A stretch of DNA of 64,000 bases, from assembly GCA_964016885.1 (NCBI GenBank), contig OZ024743.1, positions 246,450,001 to 246,514,000 on the forward strand. The letters are read 5' to 3'. Under the pieces are notes generated by a model. That model was not told the DNA's origin, ran no database searches, and saw only the letters and a program-made list of their open reading frames with translations. The position numbers and the translations under genes are program-made. This DNA is from Eledone cirrhosa (lineage: Eukaryota). Shown here piece by piece: positions 38,232 through 51,252 of the stretch; position 1 is the stretch's first letter; each line of letters opens with the position of its first letter.

Positions 38232-38298
<67 letters not shown>

Positions 38299-38513
38299 TC
38301 CATCCACTTCTATAATTATTCTCCTTATGTAGAGAACAAAACGTTGAATAATACTGCTAATTTTAGTGGCAATTCGACATGTTTATAATATCCAGCTTTT
38401 ATCAGCGACCTGATTTGCGTGTGTGTCATTTTAACGGCTTGGACGCATGCGTTGGGCAGGGAGCATAATATTTACTTGCTATTAGGCTAGATACCTTATA
38501 GCGTGGAAATAGG

Positions 38514-38594
38514 GCTGTCTGAAGATTCATTTCTTTCCATTGGAAATTCGTTGGATTTTCAATCTTTCGGAATGATGAAACCGTCGGTAACAGC
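38514..38594 (+). ncRNA. Type I hammerhead ribozyme inside a ~375-bp element between two (TA)n tracts (38296-38670)
   Basis: GCUGU-CUGAAGA-UUCAUUUC...GGAAUGAU-GAAAC-CGUCG-GUA-ACAGC. Perfect 5-bp stem I. Confidence 0.85.
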
Positions 38595-38666
38595 GTCTGA
38601 ACAGGTGATTATTTAATCATTTTTTAATTTATTTAGAAAGTTGTTTAATAACCACTTGCTTCGCTA

Positions 38667-38721
<55 letters not shown>

Positions 38722-38982
38722 TAATGACATAACAGCTGTTTATTTATTGTATGTTTGGTAATTTATACTGTGAGAAATTGCAATTTATTGGTTACTTGTT
38801 TTTTGAATTAGAAAATTATGATCGAAATTTTGCTTCGAATGTGTTAACAAAACTTATTACACTTTATTACAAACTAGAGTACATATTGTCGAAAAACTGC
38901 AATCTAACCTTATATTACAGTTGGTTCCTATTTAGTACTGAGGTTTAAAAACATCTGTCTGATAAAATGACAAGTCAGTCAA

Positions 38983-41900
38983 TCATATTGGTGGCCTCCC
39001 CACAGCCCCGGCGGACAGAATAGAGAAGGCGTTTCCCCGAAGGACGGCAAGGGAGACGCACTGGAAAAGCCATTCCAGCTCACGGGTCTCACACCTACGG
39101 CTGGCCAGCTCAACGCCTATGGTGGAGAGTAGGGAGGTAGCCCTGGGGCCGAGGACACCAGAAGTCTCCACTGCCAAGGGTACAACCGCAAACCTGTCGG
39201 AGGGCGACCAGTATTTGAAGAGTTTGGCCTCCTCAACTCGACGTGCAGCAGAACCTGGGTTAGTCGCAGACTGCACCATGTTGCGGCTGGAGAAAGTGTC
39301 GGTGCAAGTGGCTTCCCAGACGAGGGGTTTGCCACCGCGGAACGGGAAGATGGTCATGCCATCTGGCCGTTTGCCGTCCCCTCGGTCCAGCTCCATCGGC
39401 TCGAGCTGGGAAGGGAAGCCTGCAGTGTCCAAGCCATGCTTTATGACCTCGTTGGGGTCAGCATGGCGTGGAAGGCGGCCGGCACTGTGGCGACAGGAAA
39501 GCGGGTGGAGGCCAAAAGAGTCCACGGTGGAACCACAGCGACATTGGTATGGCTCGCAGATCCGGAGGTCGAGCCTCAAGGAAACGCCGATGCGCAGTCT
39601 ATTGTTATCTAGCTGCATGCCAGTGGAGGAGGAGGGCAAGGCGGTGCCCGGTCGAGCTGGCGCTGAAGACAAGCTGCACTAGATGGCATCCCAAATGCTT
39701 TGGGGGGACTTGACGGCAGCAGGGGTACGAGGAGGGACGTCTACTGGGCTAAGTCCCAGTCGGTCCCACATGTCACAGGCGGCCTCATGTTCCCTGAACA
39801 CAGAGGGTTCTATTGTGTTTTGGAGAAATCTGCTGACGAGGACGCGGCATGAGGTTACCGACGAAAGAAATGCCGGCAAAGCCAGTGAGATCGGGGACCG
39901 GAGGCCAAGGCCACCATACCTGACAGGTAAAATGGCCTGTTGGCATCCAATGTCGTCAAACCTGACGTTGCATATCTCCTCGGCTGCTGCTGGGATACAA
40001 ATATCGAGGTCAGCGAGGAGAAATGCGTGGCTGTAGCACGGAGCGCTGCGAAGGGTATAGAGGAGCTTCGGCATGGCGAAGCAGTTCCTCAACAGAAAAG
40101 AGCTGGGTGACTGTCGATCAAGCCCAGTTGGCTCGTGAGGGTCTGGAGTTGTTGGAGCCTCGACCTGATGGTGGAGCGGATGGCCGGCGGGTGGATCGGT
40201 GACCCGAGGATGAGGACATCCTCTTTGGGGGTCACCTGTACCTGGTGGAGAATGGACCGCACGTCCTGGACGGTGGCTGCAAAGCTCTCAGCATCGTGGC
40301 TGACATTCACCACCTCCGACTTGGACGAGTTGACCTGGAGGCCGATTCCCGCCAGGGCAGGAACCACTGATTGTAGATCATGGCAGACAGTCTGTACGGG
40401 CCCGCCTAACGTAGCATCATCCAGATACCAAACATTGAAAGGGGCCGTGATACTCCGAGCGATGTGGTCTATACCAAGGGCAAACAGGAGGGGGCCCAAA
40501 GAGTCGCCCTGTTGGACCCCAGTTGCCGAAGGTATGACCGTATCAGCAGCAAGGAGCATGCTCGGGGCTCCATACGACAGGTAGGCCAGCGGGTAGGCAG
40601 AGGGGGCTCGGCTGAGGCAGGCATCGAGCAGTTAAAGGCATTCCTTATGTCAAGCTTGACAATGAGGTGCCTGGAGTCCCTGAATGCTGGTTCCGGTGGG
40701 CAGTTGTTGAAGAACTGCTTGGTTGCATGTGCGGCCTCCTCAAAGCCACCGGACACACCGACACCCAGTTGCATCGGACTGAACTCCTCACCCAGTTCTG
40801 GTGTTATGGACCTGCAGACCACCTTGGCAGCCAGCCTCCGGAAGACATTGCCCACAGCAATATGCGACCCTCTTTCTTCCTGAGAGGGGTCAGGCTAGCC
40901 GAAAAAAATAGGCCTCGGGCGTTAGGGTCCAGGGCGCCATGGATAAGCCTATTGGTCAGTGCCACAATTGCACTCAGAAGGCGGCGCCCGGCCTCAGCGG
41001 GGAGGGGGATAGCAACTCCTTGAGGTGGCCTGGTCAGAGACCATCAGCACCTCCGCTGCTGCTAGCTGAGAAGGACTTTATGGCGGATATGATGTCTGCG
41101 TCGGAAGCCACAAGGAACAAGTGGGGGTATGGGTCTGAGGTCAGCAGGTAGCTCAGGGTGCTAGAGTCGCAGGGAAGCCAGGACCTCCTTGTTGGGTTGG
41201 AGGACAGTGCCCTCTGAGGAAACCACTCTGACTGCGGCCGAGACATCACCCATGATTGATTTGTCATTTACGCAAACGCTTGGCGCTGGCCTCAGGAGTG
41301 GAGGATTGGGGGTACCCGAGAGTGAGGTGTGTGGCGTCCCTAAACACGCTTGGAATAGGCGCTTGCCCAAAGGACGAAACAATGGCCTTGACAAATGCTG
41401 CTGTCCACCGGCCGCCTGGGTCAGCGCCAGAGCTGGGGAGGCCGAGGGCGAGGGGGGCGAAATAGAAGAGCCGCTCTCAGTCGCTGGCTCGATTGGAGTC
41501 CAGGGTGCTCTCAATCGAGGGCATCGGCTACCGGCACCCGGGCCAGTCTCGGGATCCTGAGTGGGATCTTCTGGAGCCGCCTGAGCCGAGCGATGTTGAC
41601 CAGCGAGGTTTGGGCATCAGGCAAGCTCGCTGTCACAACTGGTGGTGTGCCAGACGGCCGTGGCTGGGCAGACAAGGGGAAGAGACAGTTTCTGCATCTC
41701 CACGCTGCGAGGGCACTGGAGGCTCGACGCGTCAAGCCCACACAGGTGAGGTGGTGGAAGCAGCCGCAGCCCGAACAGTTCCGACCCCTCTTCCGTCTGT
41801 TCGTGGTGCTGCAAATGCTGCAGGTGTCGACTGGTGGGGATGGAGGATGGGGCGTGGAGCCGGGGACTGGGGCACCAAGCGGCATCATGAGTGAGTGGCT

Positions 41901-42030
41901 GCTAGGCACAATCATGTGTGGGTGGAAGAGAAAGTACTGATAAGAGGGGCCCCATAGCTCACCTACATCAGATATGGAGACGTCAGAAGACAAGAGAGAA
42001 ATGACGGGGGTGCATGGAGGGGTACACAAG
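38983..42030 (-). mobile_element. Near full-length CRE-clade non-LTR retrotransposon (PHD finger, RT, zinc knuckle, restriction-like endonuclease), frameshifted
   Basis: CSIC..CSGC...HLTC...WRCRNC; GGADGL; GNVFRRLAAK, QLGVGVSGG.E.AAHA, KLDIRNAFN, GVQQGDSLGPLLF, WYLDD; LPVRYGGLG; CRCG..VDSFGLHPLSC; GKRPDG...LVWEATC...PLAVETSG. GC-rich compared with the flanks. Confidence 0.9.
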
Positions 42031-42208
42031 AAGGTAGAATGTTAGCAAATGAATGAATGAATGGATGAATGTATAAAAGGGGGGGGGGACAGGGGGTTGT
42101 TTAAAACAAGAAATTTGTGTATTGGAAATGAGTACATAGTTTTCTCTCTTCTGAAAAAATGAACATCTTTACATATAATATTGTAATGAAGGAATTATTA
42201 AATTATGT

Positions 42209-42391
42209 GCGGTGGATTGGCAGTATCGGTAGAGGGTCGGACGCCATGCTTTCCAGCATAGTTACGTCCCTTTACGATATGAGTTCAAATCCCGCCGAGG
42301 TTGACTTTGCCTTTCATCCTTACGGCGTCGATAAAATAAAGTACCAGTAATGCACTGGGTAATTGCTGGCCTTGTGCCTAAAGTAGAAACA
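42209..42391 (+). mobile_element. tRNA-derived SINE (Meta-domain-like) with 12-bp TSD
   Basis: B-box gagttcaaatcc, body gactttgcctttcatcct...gtcgataaaataaagtaccag, TSD attaaattatgt (42197-42208 and 42392-42403). Confidence 0.85.
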
Positions 42392-42404
42392 ATTAAATTA
42401 TGTA

Positions 42405-42790
42405 ATTGCTTCTTGCAGAATCGTATGTGTCGACTGGCCTGGATCTCTGGAAAGCAATGGCAATCGGGAGTGATAATCGCAATTTTCAAAAAGGAAGACA
42501 TAAGAGATTGCTCCAATTATAGAGGGATCTCCTTGTTAAGCCTCTCCAGTAACATCTATGCTGAGTCTAGCAAAGAAGTGTAAAGATATTATCGAGTCAA
42601 AGCTGGATGAAGGACAGTGTGGTTTTCGCCCTGAACGCAGTACAGCCAACCAAATATTCACACTGCGGGAGGTCTTTGAGAAATCATGGGAATATTGCCA
42701 AAGGTAAATGCTTGTTTCGCATACCTCGAAAAGGTAAATGACCGCATTCTACGGAACCTGTTGTGAAAAGTTCTGCAGTAGTATGAAATC
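42405..42790 (+). pseudogene. RTE/BovB-type LINE reverse transcriptase fragment
   Basis: WQSGVIIAIFKK.DIRDCSNYRGISLLS, then QCGFRPERSTANQIFTL (RT N-terminal motifs), with stops. Confidence 0.8.
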
Positions 42791-43276
42791 GATAACTTAT
42801 CGAGATTCCCTATAATACACTTAAACTTTTTCATATAAGATTCTCGGTAATTTCATTAAATAATTCTCGCAACATAAACCTTTAATTTTCTATTAATTTT
42901 TTAATAATTTAATTTCATCCTATAATTCTTAACATAAGTTAACGTTCCAATTTTCTGTTCACACATTAGACTATACAGACACCCATATATATGCCTTTGT
43001 TAAAATATGGGTTCTTTGGAATATCATTTTTCGCAGCGTTTTCTAGCATGACTAGTGTGACCCTTACGCTGACTTCTCTTCTTTCTTTCTTTCTTCTCTG
43101 GCGGAGAGGTGGTAGTACATTATAAACCTTTGCCCCTCACCAGATGGTCATTAGTAGACTGAGTTGCTATCACTTGAGGGCGACTGACCGAGGTGAAAGC
43201 AGCTAGTTGGTCAGTCGTCCTCTCTGTCTCTGATTTCGGACCCATGGATTTTATATATTCCTTTGTTACATTTCGA

Positions 43277-43334
43277 ATACCTGATGATATCACCGGATTC
43301 ATACGGAACCCGGTCATTGAAATGATCATAGTAT
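43277..43334 (+). ncRNA. Type I hammerhead ribozyme
   Basis: AUAC-CUGAUGA-UAUCACCGG...CCGGUCAUU-GAAA-UGAUCA-UA-GUAU. Palindromic UGAUCA in stem III, ~50 nt upstream of (TA)n. Confidence 0.85.
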
Positions 43335-43479
43335 AATAAACTTTTCAAGGATTTACACCAGTCCAGTTTCCTGTTATTTTATTTATATATATATATATAT
43401 TGTGTGTTCATTTATTATATACTGATTTGCCCACAGCAGTGACATCTGTTGGTCTATTGTTATCTACAAATAAATAAAT

Positions 43480-44160
43480 AAATAATGCAGCGATGAGACA
43501 TTAATGGAGGTGGGTTGAAGTAAGAGAGATAGAGTAGAATAAAAGAACAAAAAAGTTAAGATAAAGAGAATGAGGTGAATTGGAGAAGTGAGAGAGGTGG
43601 ACGAAAGGAGAAAGGGTAAAAGAGATAGAATAGAGAAGTGGGATGAGTGAATGGAGTAAAGATAAAAACAAAATGGAGAATGAGAAGTATAAAAGAAAAC
43701 GTAGTTGAAGAAGAAAAGGAAGGTGAAGTTAGAGAGCGAGAGAAAAAATAAAGACCACAGAGAAAGTGGCAAAGGGAGAAAGAAAATATAACGGGAAAAG
43801 AAGAATGATTGAGAGAGGAAGAGAGAAAGCTAGGGAAAAGAATAGAAAATAAGAAAGAGAAAGAGGAATAGAATAGAGAAGGTGAGAAAGCGATAGATAG
43901 AGGAGAGGTGAATGGAGTAGGCAAAGGAGAAATATAGAGTGAAATAGAGAGAGAAAGGGAGGAAAATAGAGGAGTAAAAGAGAAACGGGATGAGAATAGA
44001 GAAAACAAGGGAGGAAGAGAGAGAGGGGCGGAAAATAAAGAAGGCAAGGGAGGAGGAGAGAAAGCAAGGACAGGATATAAATAGCGAAGGGAAGCGAATA
44101 ATGATAAAAAAAAAAACAGAGGAAAAAAGAGGAATAACGAATGAGAGTAATGAGTAAAGA
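43480..44160. repeat. Purine-rich (GA) low-complexity tract
   Basis: Strongly A/G-biased on the plus strand. Confidence 0.85.
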
Positions 44161-44297
44161 ATGTCTTTGTGTATGAAGTTATATTGATAGATGGATCCAC
44201 TAAACATATATGTACTCTGTAGAAACGTGCATTCGAGAAAAAAAGATAGAGCCGTTATACTGACTACTTTCCTGTATGGTTCCGAGCCATGGGTTAC

Positions 44298-44449
44298 TTA
44301 TCGCCGTCACCTACGACTTCTTGACCGCTCCCATCCTCAACATTCATTGGAATGACTTTGTCACCGGCATTGATGTCCTTGAACAGCGGAGAAAATGTAC
44401 ATGAACTCTCAAGCGTGTCCCACTGGTCTGATGTGACCTTTGTTCGCAT
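44298..44449 (-). CDS. Candidate first coding exon of an unidentified host gene
   Basis: Non-repetitive, CpG-containing sequence. gcgATG start, open frame MRTKVTSDQWDTLESSCTFSPLFKDINAGDKVIPMNVEDGSGQEVVGDGD, ending at a donor-like AA|GTAACC. No homology recognised. Confidence 0.3.
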
Positions 44450-45099
44450 CGCCTGAGCAGTTTGTTTCCTCCTTCGAGAATACACACGAGGGCAAAATAA
44501 GTAGGAGGAAGAAATGTAACAGTGTAACCCAGAACATAATTTCCCTTGCAAGCGCTGGCTGCGGCTGGGTTTGCCTATCCTTTATTGGTCTCGTTAGTCA
44601 CCAGCGAGCCGATAAAAGACGTGGGCAGCCCCACTCTATAAATCTTCGTTAGCGAAGTCATATCATGAAAATCATTCACCTACGCATCTCATTACCTCTC
44701 ATCTTTCACATCTTACAAATTCCCTCCCTTTCTCCCCCCACCGCCGCACATCTTACATTGGGTGTGAATCACGCGTAGAAGTTATTTTCTCCTCCGTTCA
44801 CATTCTACACTCTTCTCTCTCTCTCCCCCCTCTCGCTCTATTCGTCACACGAGCTCTTATTCATAATTATGTAGCTACATATTTACGAGTACTTACGCGT
44901 ATACATATTTATGTATGCACACATACACATACATACAAGTATACATATTGAAAACTAACACATCACCCGCCTCATATACATCTAATAAATACAGCATACA
45001 AAACTTACATCCAGCAGGGCGTGCTGTTTGATGTACTGTTTTGTATTAGCATAACATACGGACAGGACGACACAGAGCACCTACACTAACGCACACATA

Positions 45100-45505
<406 letters not shown>

Positions 45506-47689
45506 TATGCATGGCGTACTGTTTGATGTAGTGTTATGCATTAGAATTCCTTCTAGAGAAAAAAGTGTTTCATGGGGTAAATTCAAACATGTAACAACGT
45601 GATGGCTTATTATGTGAAATATCTAAGTAAATAAAATACACAAACTTTACATATGGTAGTTGGTGTGTAAGTACCTCGTTGAAGGTGTAAAAGAAACTGG
45701 TAAGAAGGAAATATATGATGGTGGGTTTATAACTGGTAAAATCTAGGTGACGACAGAAAATGGTGTAGGACACTCAGATGAGTGTTTCAGTTGTTCGAAC
45801 AACAGAGTTGCTTGCTCGTGAAATTAACGTACAAGTGGCTGAATATTCCACCGACACGTGCACCCTTAACGTAGTTCATAGGGAGATTCAGCATTACACA
45901 GTGTGTGACGAGGCTGGTCTTCTGAATTACAGATACAGCTCGTTTTTGCCAGCTGAGCTGCCTGGAGCAACATGAGCTGAACATCCAAACCATGTTGCCA
46001 TGGAGATGGATTTATAAATGGTTTGAAGACATGCGTTTTAAAAGTAAAGACGATGTATTTTCCATACACATGTATGTAGATCATTAGAATCGTAAAAGCT
46101 CATTTCTGTGTAGATTCACACACTCATGATTTTTTCTATCTTCACAGATACACTCAAATTTGTGAAATCTATAGCTTCATACACGATTTTACAATATTTA
46201 CAGCTACACCCGCTAATTTACGATATTTACAGCTAGATTCATGAGCTTACGATAATTACAACTACACAAGAGGTTACTACATTTTCGGCTGGAATTTACG
46301 ATATTGACAGATAGTGGCAGAAGATAAATACCATTGTTTCCATTACATCACATATTTAAAGAAACCGATGGAAACACATCTGGATTGGATCCTATGTATT
46401 TACATTTCTTTAATCATGTTTCAAGGTGGCAAATTATTAATGTTGATCGGATATCGGGTTAAAATGCCTCAGTATTTGTTCAGTACTCTGCGTTCAAATC
46501 CCACCAAAGTCAACTTTGCATCCTTTTGTGGTTGATAAATAAAGTACTAGTGTCGACCCCCCCCCCCCATCTCAGAAACTGGCTGTATTTTGACTTGAGT
46601 ATACCGGATGCGTTTTATTGAGGCACTAAAGAGATTGCCACATGCTAGGCCAGACTGAAGAGTACTCTTGAAACTTAAATGGTCTCTGTTCAATTGCCAA
46701 TCTACACAATAAATAATCCAGTATACTCTGTAGAGTGGTTGGTGATAGGAAGGGCATCTAGCCATAGAAAACCTGTCAAAGAAAGGATTGAGAGGACTCT
46801 TCGGCTGTATCAAGGACATGACAAGCCTCTTTAGTGTTGGTGCCACTATAAAATGCACTGGGTAGAGTGCAGAAATGCATGTAAGTGGAATTTTCCTTAG
46901 AACCTAACTAATAATTGTTCGTGGAAGCCACCGCATATTCGCGGAATCGTAAATATCTTCCGCGATTTTTAATGGTTTTTTTTTCGTGACAATATATATA
47001 TTTTTTAACGCTAAATTATTAATAACCATATACCGTATTTGCCGGCCTATTGGACACCCCTTCGCATAAGACGCTCCTTTAGATGACGTGTATTTGTGTA
47101 TTTATGACTTGCAAAAATATTCAGAAGAATACGAATGGCTGGTGCATGTTTGTACAATCAGCTCCAAGAAAAATGCGTGTTGTCGCTCTGCATTTCTTTT
47201 GCCGGAGTGTCTGTGTTATTTTTATGACGTCCGTTTGTGACGTCAGAGCTATCACACCACAGGTGTTGCTTCGCTACATATAGCCCTCCTCCAGATGACC
47301 AATCGAAGAAGAAGTAAACATATGTAGTGAGAAGCAAGGCAAAGATAGGTAATAAACAAAAGAAATGTTTGCACAAGCAGCAAACAAAAGGCAAGGCACG
47401 CAAAAATGTAACAACAGAAACATGCAAAACAATCAATAAAATGCAACAAATCGTAAGAAAGACAAAAGCAAAGGCTGCAACAAGGGCAGCTTAAATGTAC
47501 TCAGTTTGACACAGTTTGTTTCCAAAAAGGCTCCAGTGGCCAGTTCATATAATAAAAGTTTGGAAGAGTTCTTTGAGCCAGTGGACTCTTCGACCGGAAC
47601 GGGTCGTGGTCTTGTATCTTGGTGATGGCAGGGGCAAAGAAACAGGTGTGTGCAAAAGAGAAAGATGGGGGTGTATGTGACTCAGGTGT

Positions 47690-50480
47690 GTAAGCATCTG
47701 TGTAGGCCTGTTTAAGTCTATCAACCGTAATGGTCTCTCTGGATCCCTTAATGTCTACAGTGAAATGTTTATCAGAACGAGCTAATACACGGTAGGGTCC
47801 AGATTACGGTTGTGTGACAGGTGGTCTCACAGCATCGTTTCTTATGAAAACATGGGTCCACGAGGCAATATCCCTCGGGACTGCAGATTTTACAGTTTGT
47901 TTCCCTGTATCCATCGGCGGCAGGTCCTGAAAATAAGAACGCAGACGGGATACGTAGGAAAGCGGATCTTGTGCAGTAAGATCGACAGGGGCAAGCATTT
48001 GCCCAGGTAACGCTAGAGGAGCACCATACAATAATTCGGCCGGGGAGAACCCAAGGTCCTCCTTTATTGATGACCGAATCCCCAACAACACAATAGGGAG
48101 GTACTCGCTCCAACGCGTAGAGTCAGGAGAAGTCCGTAGAGCTTTTAGTTGTCGGTGGAAGCGCTCCACCATTCCATTAGATGCAGGATGATATGAAGTT
48201 GTTCGGATGCGTTTAGCGCAAATGATCTTCGTCAATTCGGAGAAGAGATTCGATTCGAACTGTCTTCCACGGTCTGTTGTAATCGTGGTTGGCACTCCAA
48301 AGCGGGCAATCCATCCTGATACTAGGGCACGCGCTGTCGTTTCAGCAGTGATGTCTTTCAAGGGGATGGCTTCAGGCCATCGCGAAAAGCAATCAATAAC
48401 AGTCAATAGATAAGTATGACCACCACTGACTGGCCAAGGTCCCACGATGTCCACATGAATGTGCCGGAAACGGGCGCCCGGTGTACTGAAAGTACCGAGC
48501 GGAACCTTAACGTGTTTATGGGTTTTCGATTTCTGGCAAGCAATGCAGGAACGGGACCAAGCAGTAATATCGCGCCTCATATTTGGCCAGAAGAATCTGG
48601 CTGTTATGAGCTTTACTGTGGCAGAAGATCCTGGGTGGGAAATGCTGTGTAAAGCAAGAACACAGTACGACGATGGTTTAGCGGGACGAATGGTCTCGGT
48701 GAATCCACGGAAATGTCGCAGAGAATCTGTCCGTCTGCGGTGGGCAATGGCAGGTATTTCAAATTACTCGTCGCAAATTCGGCTGATGTAATATCCAACG
48801 ATTCCAGTGCAGGTTGGTCTGCTGCCAAGTGATTTAAATCGATGTCGTGGGATGACGCAATCGAACTGATCGGCAATCGGGAGAGGGCGTCAGCCGCTGT
48901 GTTCAATGAGCCTGGAATGTGTTGGATGTCGTTTGTGAATTGCGAGATAAAGTCGAGATGCCTTGTTTCTCTGGGCGAGTACTTGTCGGACTTTGCCCTT
49001 AAAGCGAAGGTCAAAGGTTTATGGTCAGTATAGATTGTAAAACACCTTCCTTCGAGCATATATGAAAAATGTTTCACGGAAAGGTAGATGGCTAACAGCT
49101 CCCGGCCAAAGGTGCTGTAGCGAGTTTCTGCAGGCTTCAACTTCCTGGAGAAAAATTCCAATGGTTGTTGGTGATCGTCACTACTCTGTTGTAAGACTGC
49201 ACCCACTGCAGTATCCGACGCATCAATAGAAAGCGAAAGCTTGGCATTGGACACAAAGATGTACTAGCCAATGCTGATTTGGCCTTTTGAAAATCCTCGA
49301 GCTGAGTCTGAGTCAAAGAGATTTCCTTGTTCTTCTTGCGGCAATTTTTCAGAATCTCAGTAAGAGAGAAGAGTAGATTAGCACAATGCGGAACAAAACG
49401 TCTATAGAAATTTATCAGTCCTAGGAATTGTCGCAACTGACGAAGTGAGGTCGGCGGAGGCAAATCCTCTATAGCCTGAACTTGTTGAGGGAGGGGTCGA
49501 ATACCCTCGGAGTCAATAACATGACCTAAAAAATTCAGTGATTCCGCACCGAAAACGCATTTTGTGGGATTTATTTGAACACTGTAATCCTTGAGTCGAC
49601 AAAAGAAAAGATTCAAATGACGTATGTGTTCCTCTCTGGAGGAACTAGCAATAAGCAGATCATCAATATAAGTGTAGACGAAGTCTAAACCACGAGTGAC
49701 CTCATCCATGAACCGTTGAAAGGTGCTAGCAGCATTCCTAAGTCCGAAAGGTATGGTAAGAAATTCGAATGATCCAAATGGAGTCGTAATGGCCGTTTTC
49801 GGAATATCTTCTTTCTTGACAGGAATTTGATGATAGGCTCGCACCAAATCGAGCTTCGAGAAAATTTTACATCCCTGCAACGACGATGCAAAATCTTGCA
49901 GGTGTGTGCAGACAAGCGACGAGGACGTGAGAACACTGGGGCGCCAGTTGTAGAGATAAAATGCTCCGTTGAGTGAGTCGGTTCGACAACTCTAAAATTT
50001 CCCTTAGTAAGCTGTGGGAAAGAATTCAACAATGCATGATAGGGATTCCCAGCATTAGCGATGAAAAAGGTCGGGCTAACCGTTGGAAAATTAGCTTTCT
50101 GGCCACGAAGAGAAAAACCAGTAATGTCGTCTACTAGGCGTCGGCCACGGACGTCCACCGTCGATGCAAAATGGTGTAGAAAATCCGCTCCCAAGATCGG
50201 ATATGGTAGGTCAGCAACCTTAAAAATCCATTTGAATTCTCGTCGAAGATTTCTGAATTGCAGAGGAAGCGAGATTTGTCCAAAAGTCCGTATCGGCGAA
50301 TGATTGACAGCTTGTAGATTCATTGATGACTCAGGAGGAGTTTCTTTAACACAGTTCACCGGCCAAATGCTGCAGGAGGCTCCCGTATCTACGAGGAAAG
50401 ATCTTCCGGACAGGAGGTCCTCAATAAAGAAGTGGCTGTTTGGGTGTGTAGCACAGAGATCAGCTGCCGCCTTCAGTGAC
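47690..50480 (-). pseudogene. Gypsy pol (protease, RT, RNase H, integrase)
   Basis: [86 protein letters not shown] and NGMVERFHR across frameshifted ORFs. Confidence 0.92.
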
Positions 50481-50559
50481 TCTTGCATTTCCCGAAGTTG
50501 AATAGTTACACGATGGCCGGCAGTGTTTTGCTTTATCAGCGAAGGTGGCATGATACCAA

Positions 50560-51252
50560 CAAAAAGACGAATTGCTGGCGGGCAGCTGGCGTTGCGGCGT
50601 GAAGTCGCGAAGGAACGCGAACGATTTCTTGGCCGCCTGGGAGATGGCCTACTCTCCCTACATAATTTCGCGACTTGACGCGTCAATCGCCTTCAACATG
50701 GAATCCTCGTGTGTCGAGACGGGTTGGTTCGGAAAGGTCGAAGAGGCAACAAGCGAGTCCGACGAGGTAGCTTTCCTAGAGAATTCCACAATTCGATCGG
50801 CAGACGCAGCGATCTGCTCCACCAAGCTCGAGTCCACTATGTTAGCCAATATAATCTGGACATTGTTTGGCAAGCGAGAAAAATAGCTTTTTGATAAATG
50901 AACTATCCTCATCGGGCGATTCACTGAGGTCCCGAATGTGGCGTAAAAATTCGGACGGCGACCTGTCGCCTAAACACTCGTCCTCCATTAAGGCACGAAA
51001 CCTGCTTTCAGCAGAACGGCAGTTTCTCCTTAATATTTCCGTCCTCAACGAATCATACGAAGAACCGGTTGGCGGGTCCGTTATTAAATCTTTCACCGTG
51101 GTGGCGAGCGACGAAGGTATACCACTAATCAAAATATTGAGTTTCTGCTCTGTTCTAATTCCATTTGCAGCAAAATATGCGTCCAGTTGCGCAAACCAGA
51201 GCTTGGGATCACCGGAGAACGCAGGTAAATTAGGAGTACTCATCATTAGCAT
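50560..51252 (-). pseudogene. Gypsy gag
   Basis: LPAFSGDPKLWFAQLDAYFAANGI...LGDRSPSEFLRHIR...LPNNVQIILA...AASADRI, split over ORFs 50842..51252 and 50658..50924. Confidence 0.85.

Noticed and set aside
37169-38235. Helitron-like ends (tctatactactaaaa at 37169; aaatcggag motifs; minus-strand tatataaaactgtagttgtctgtgtg at ~38230)
   Set aside because: Suggestive, but no matching hairpin plus CTRR terminus could be assigned, so boundaries are not supportable.
42280-42295. tRNA gene suggested by the B-box GAGTTCAAATCC
   Set aside because: No cloverleaf. It is the head of a SINE with TSDs.
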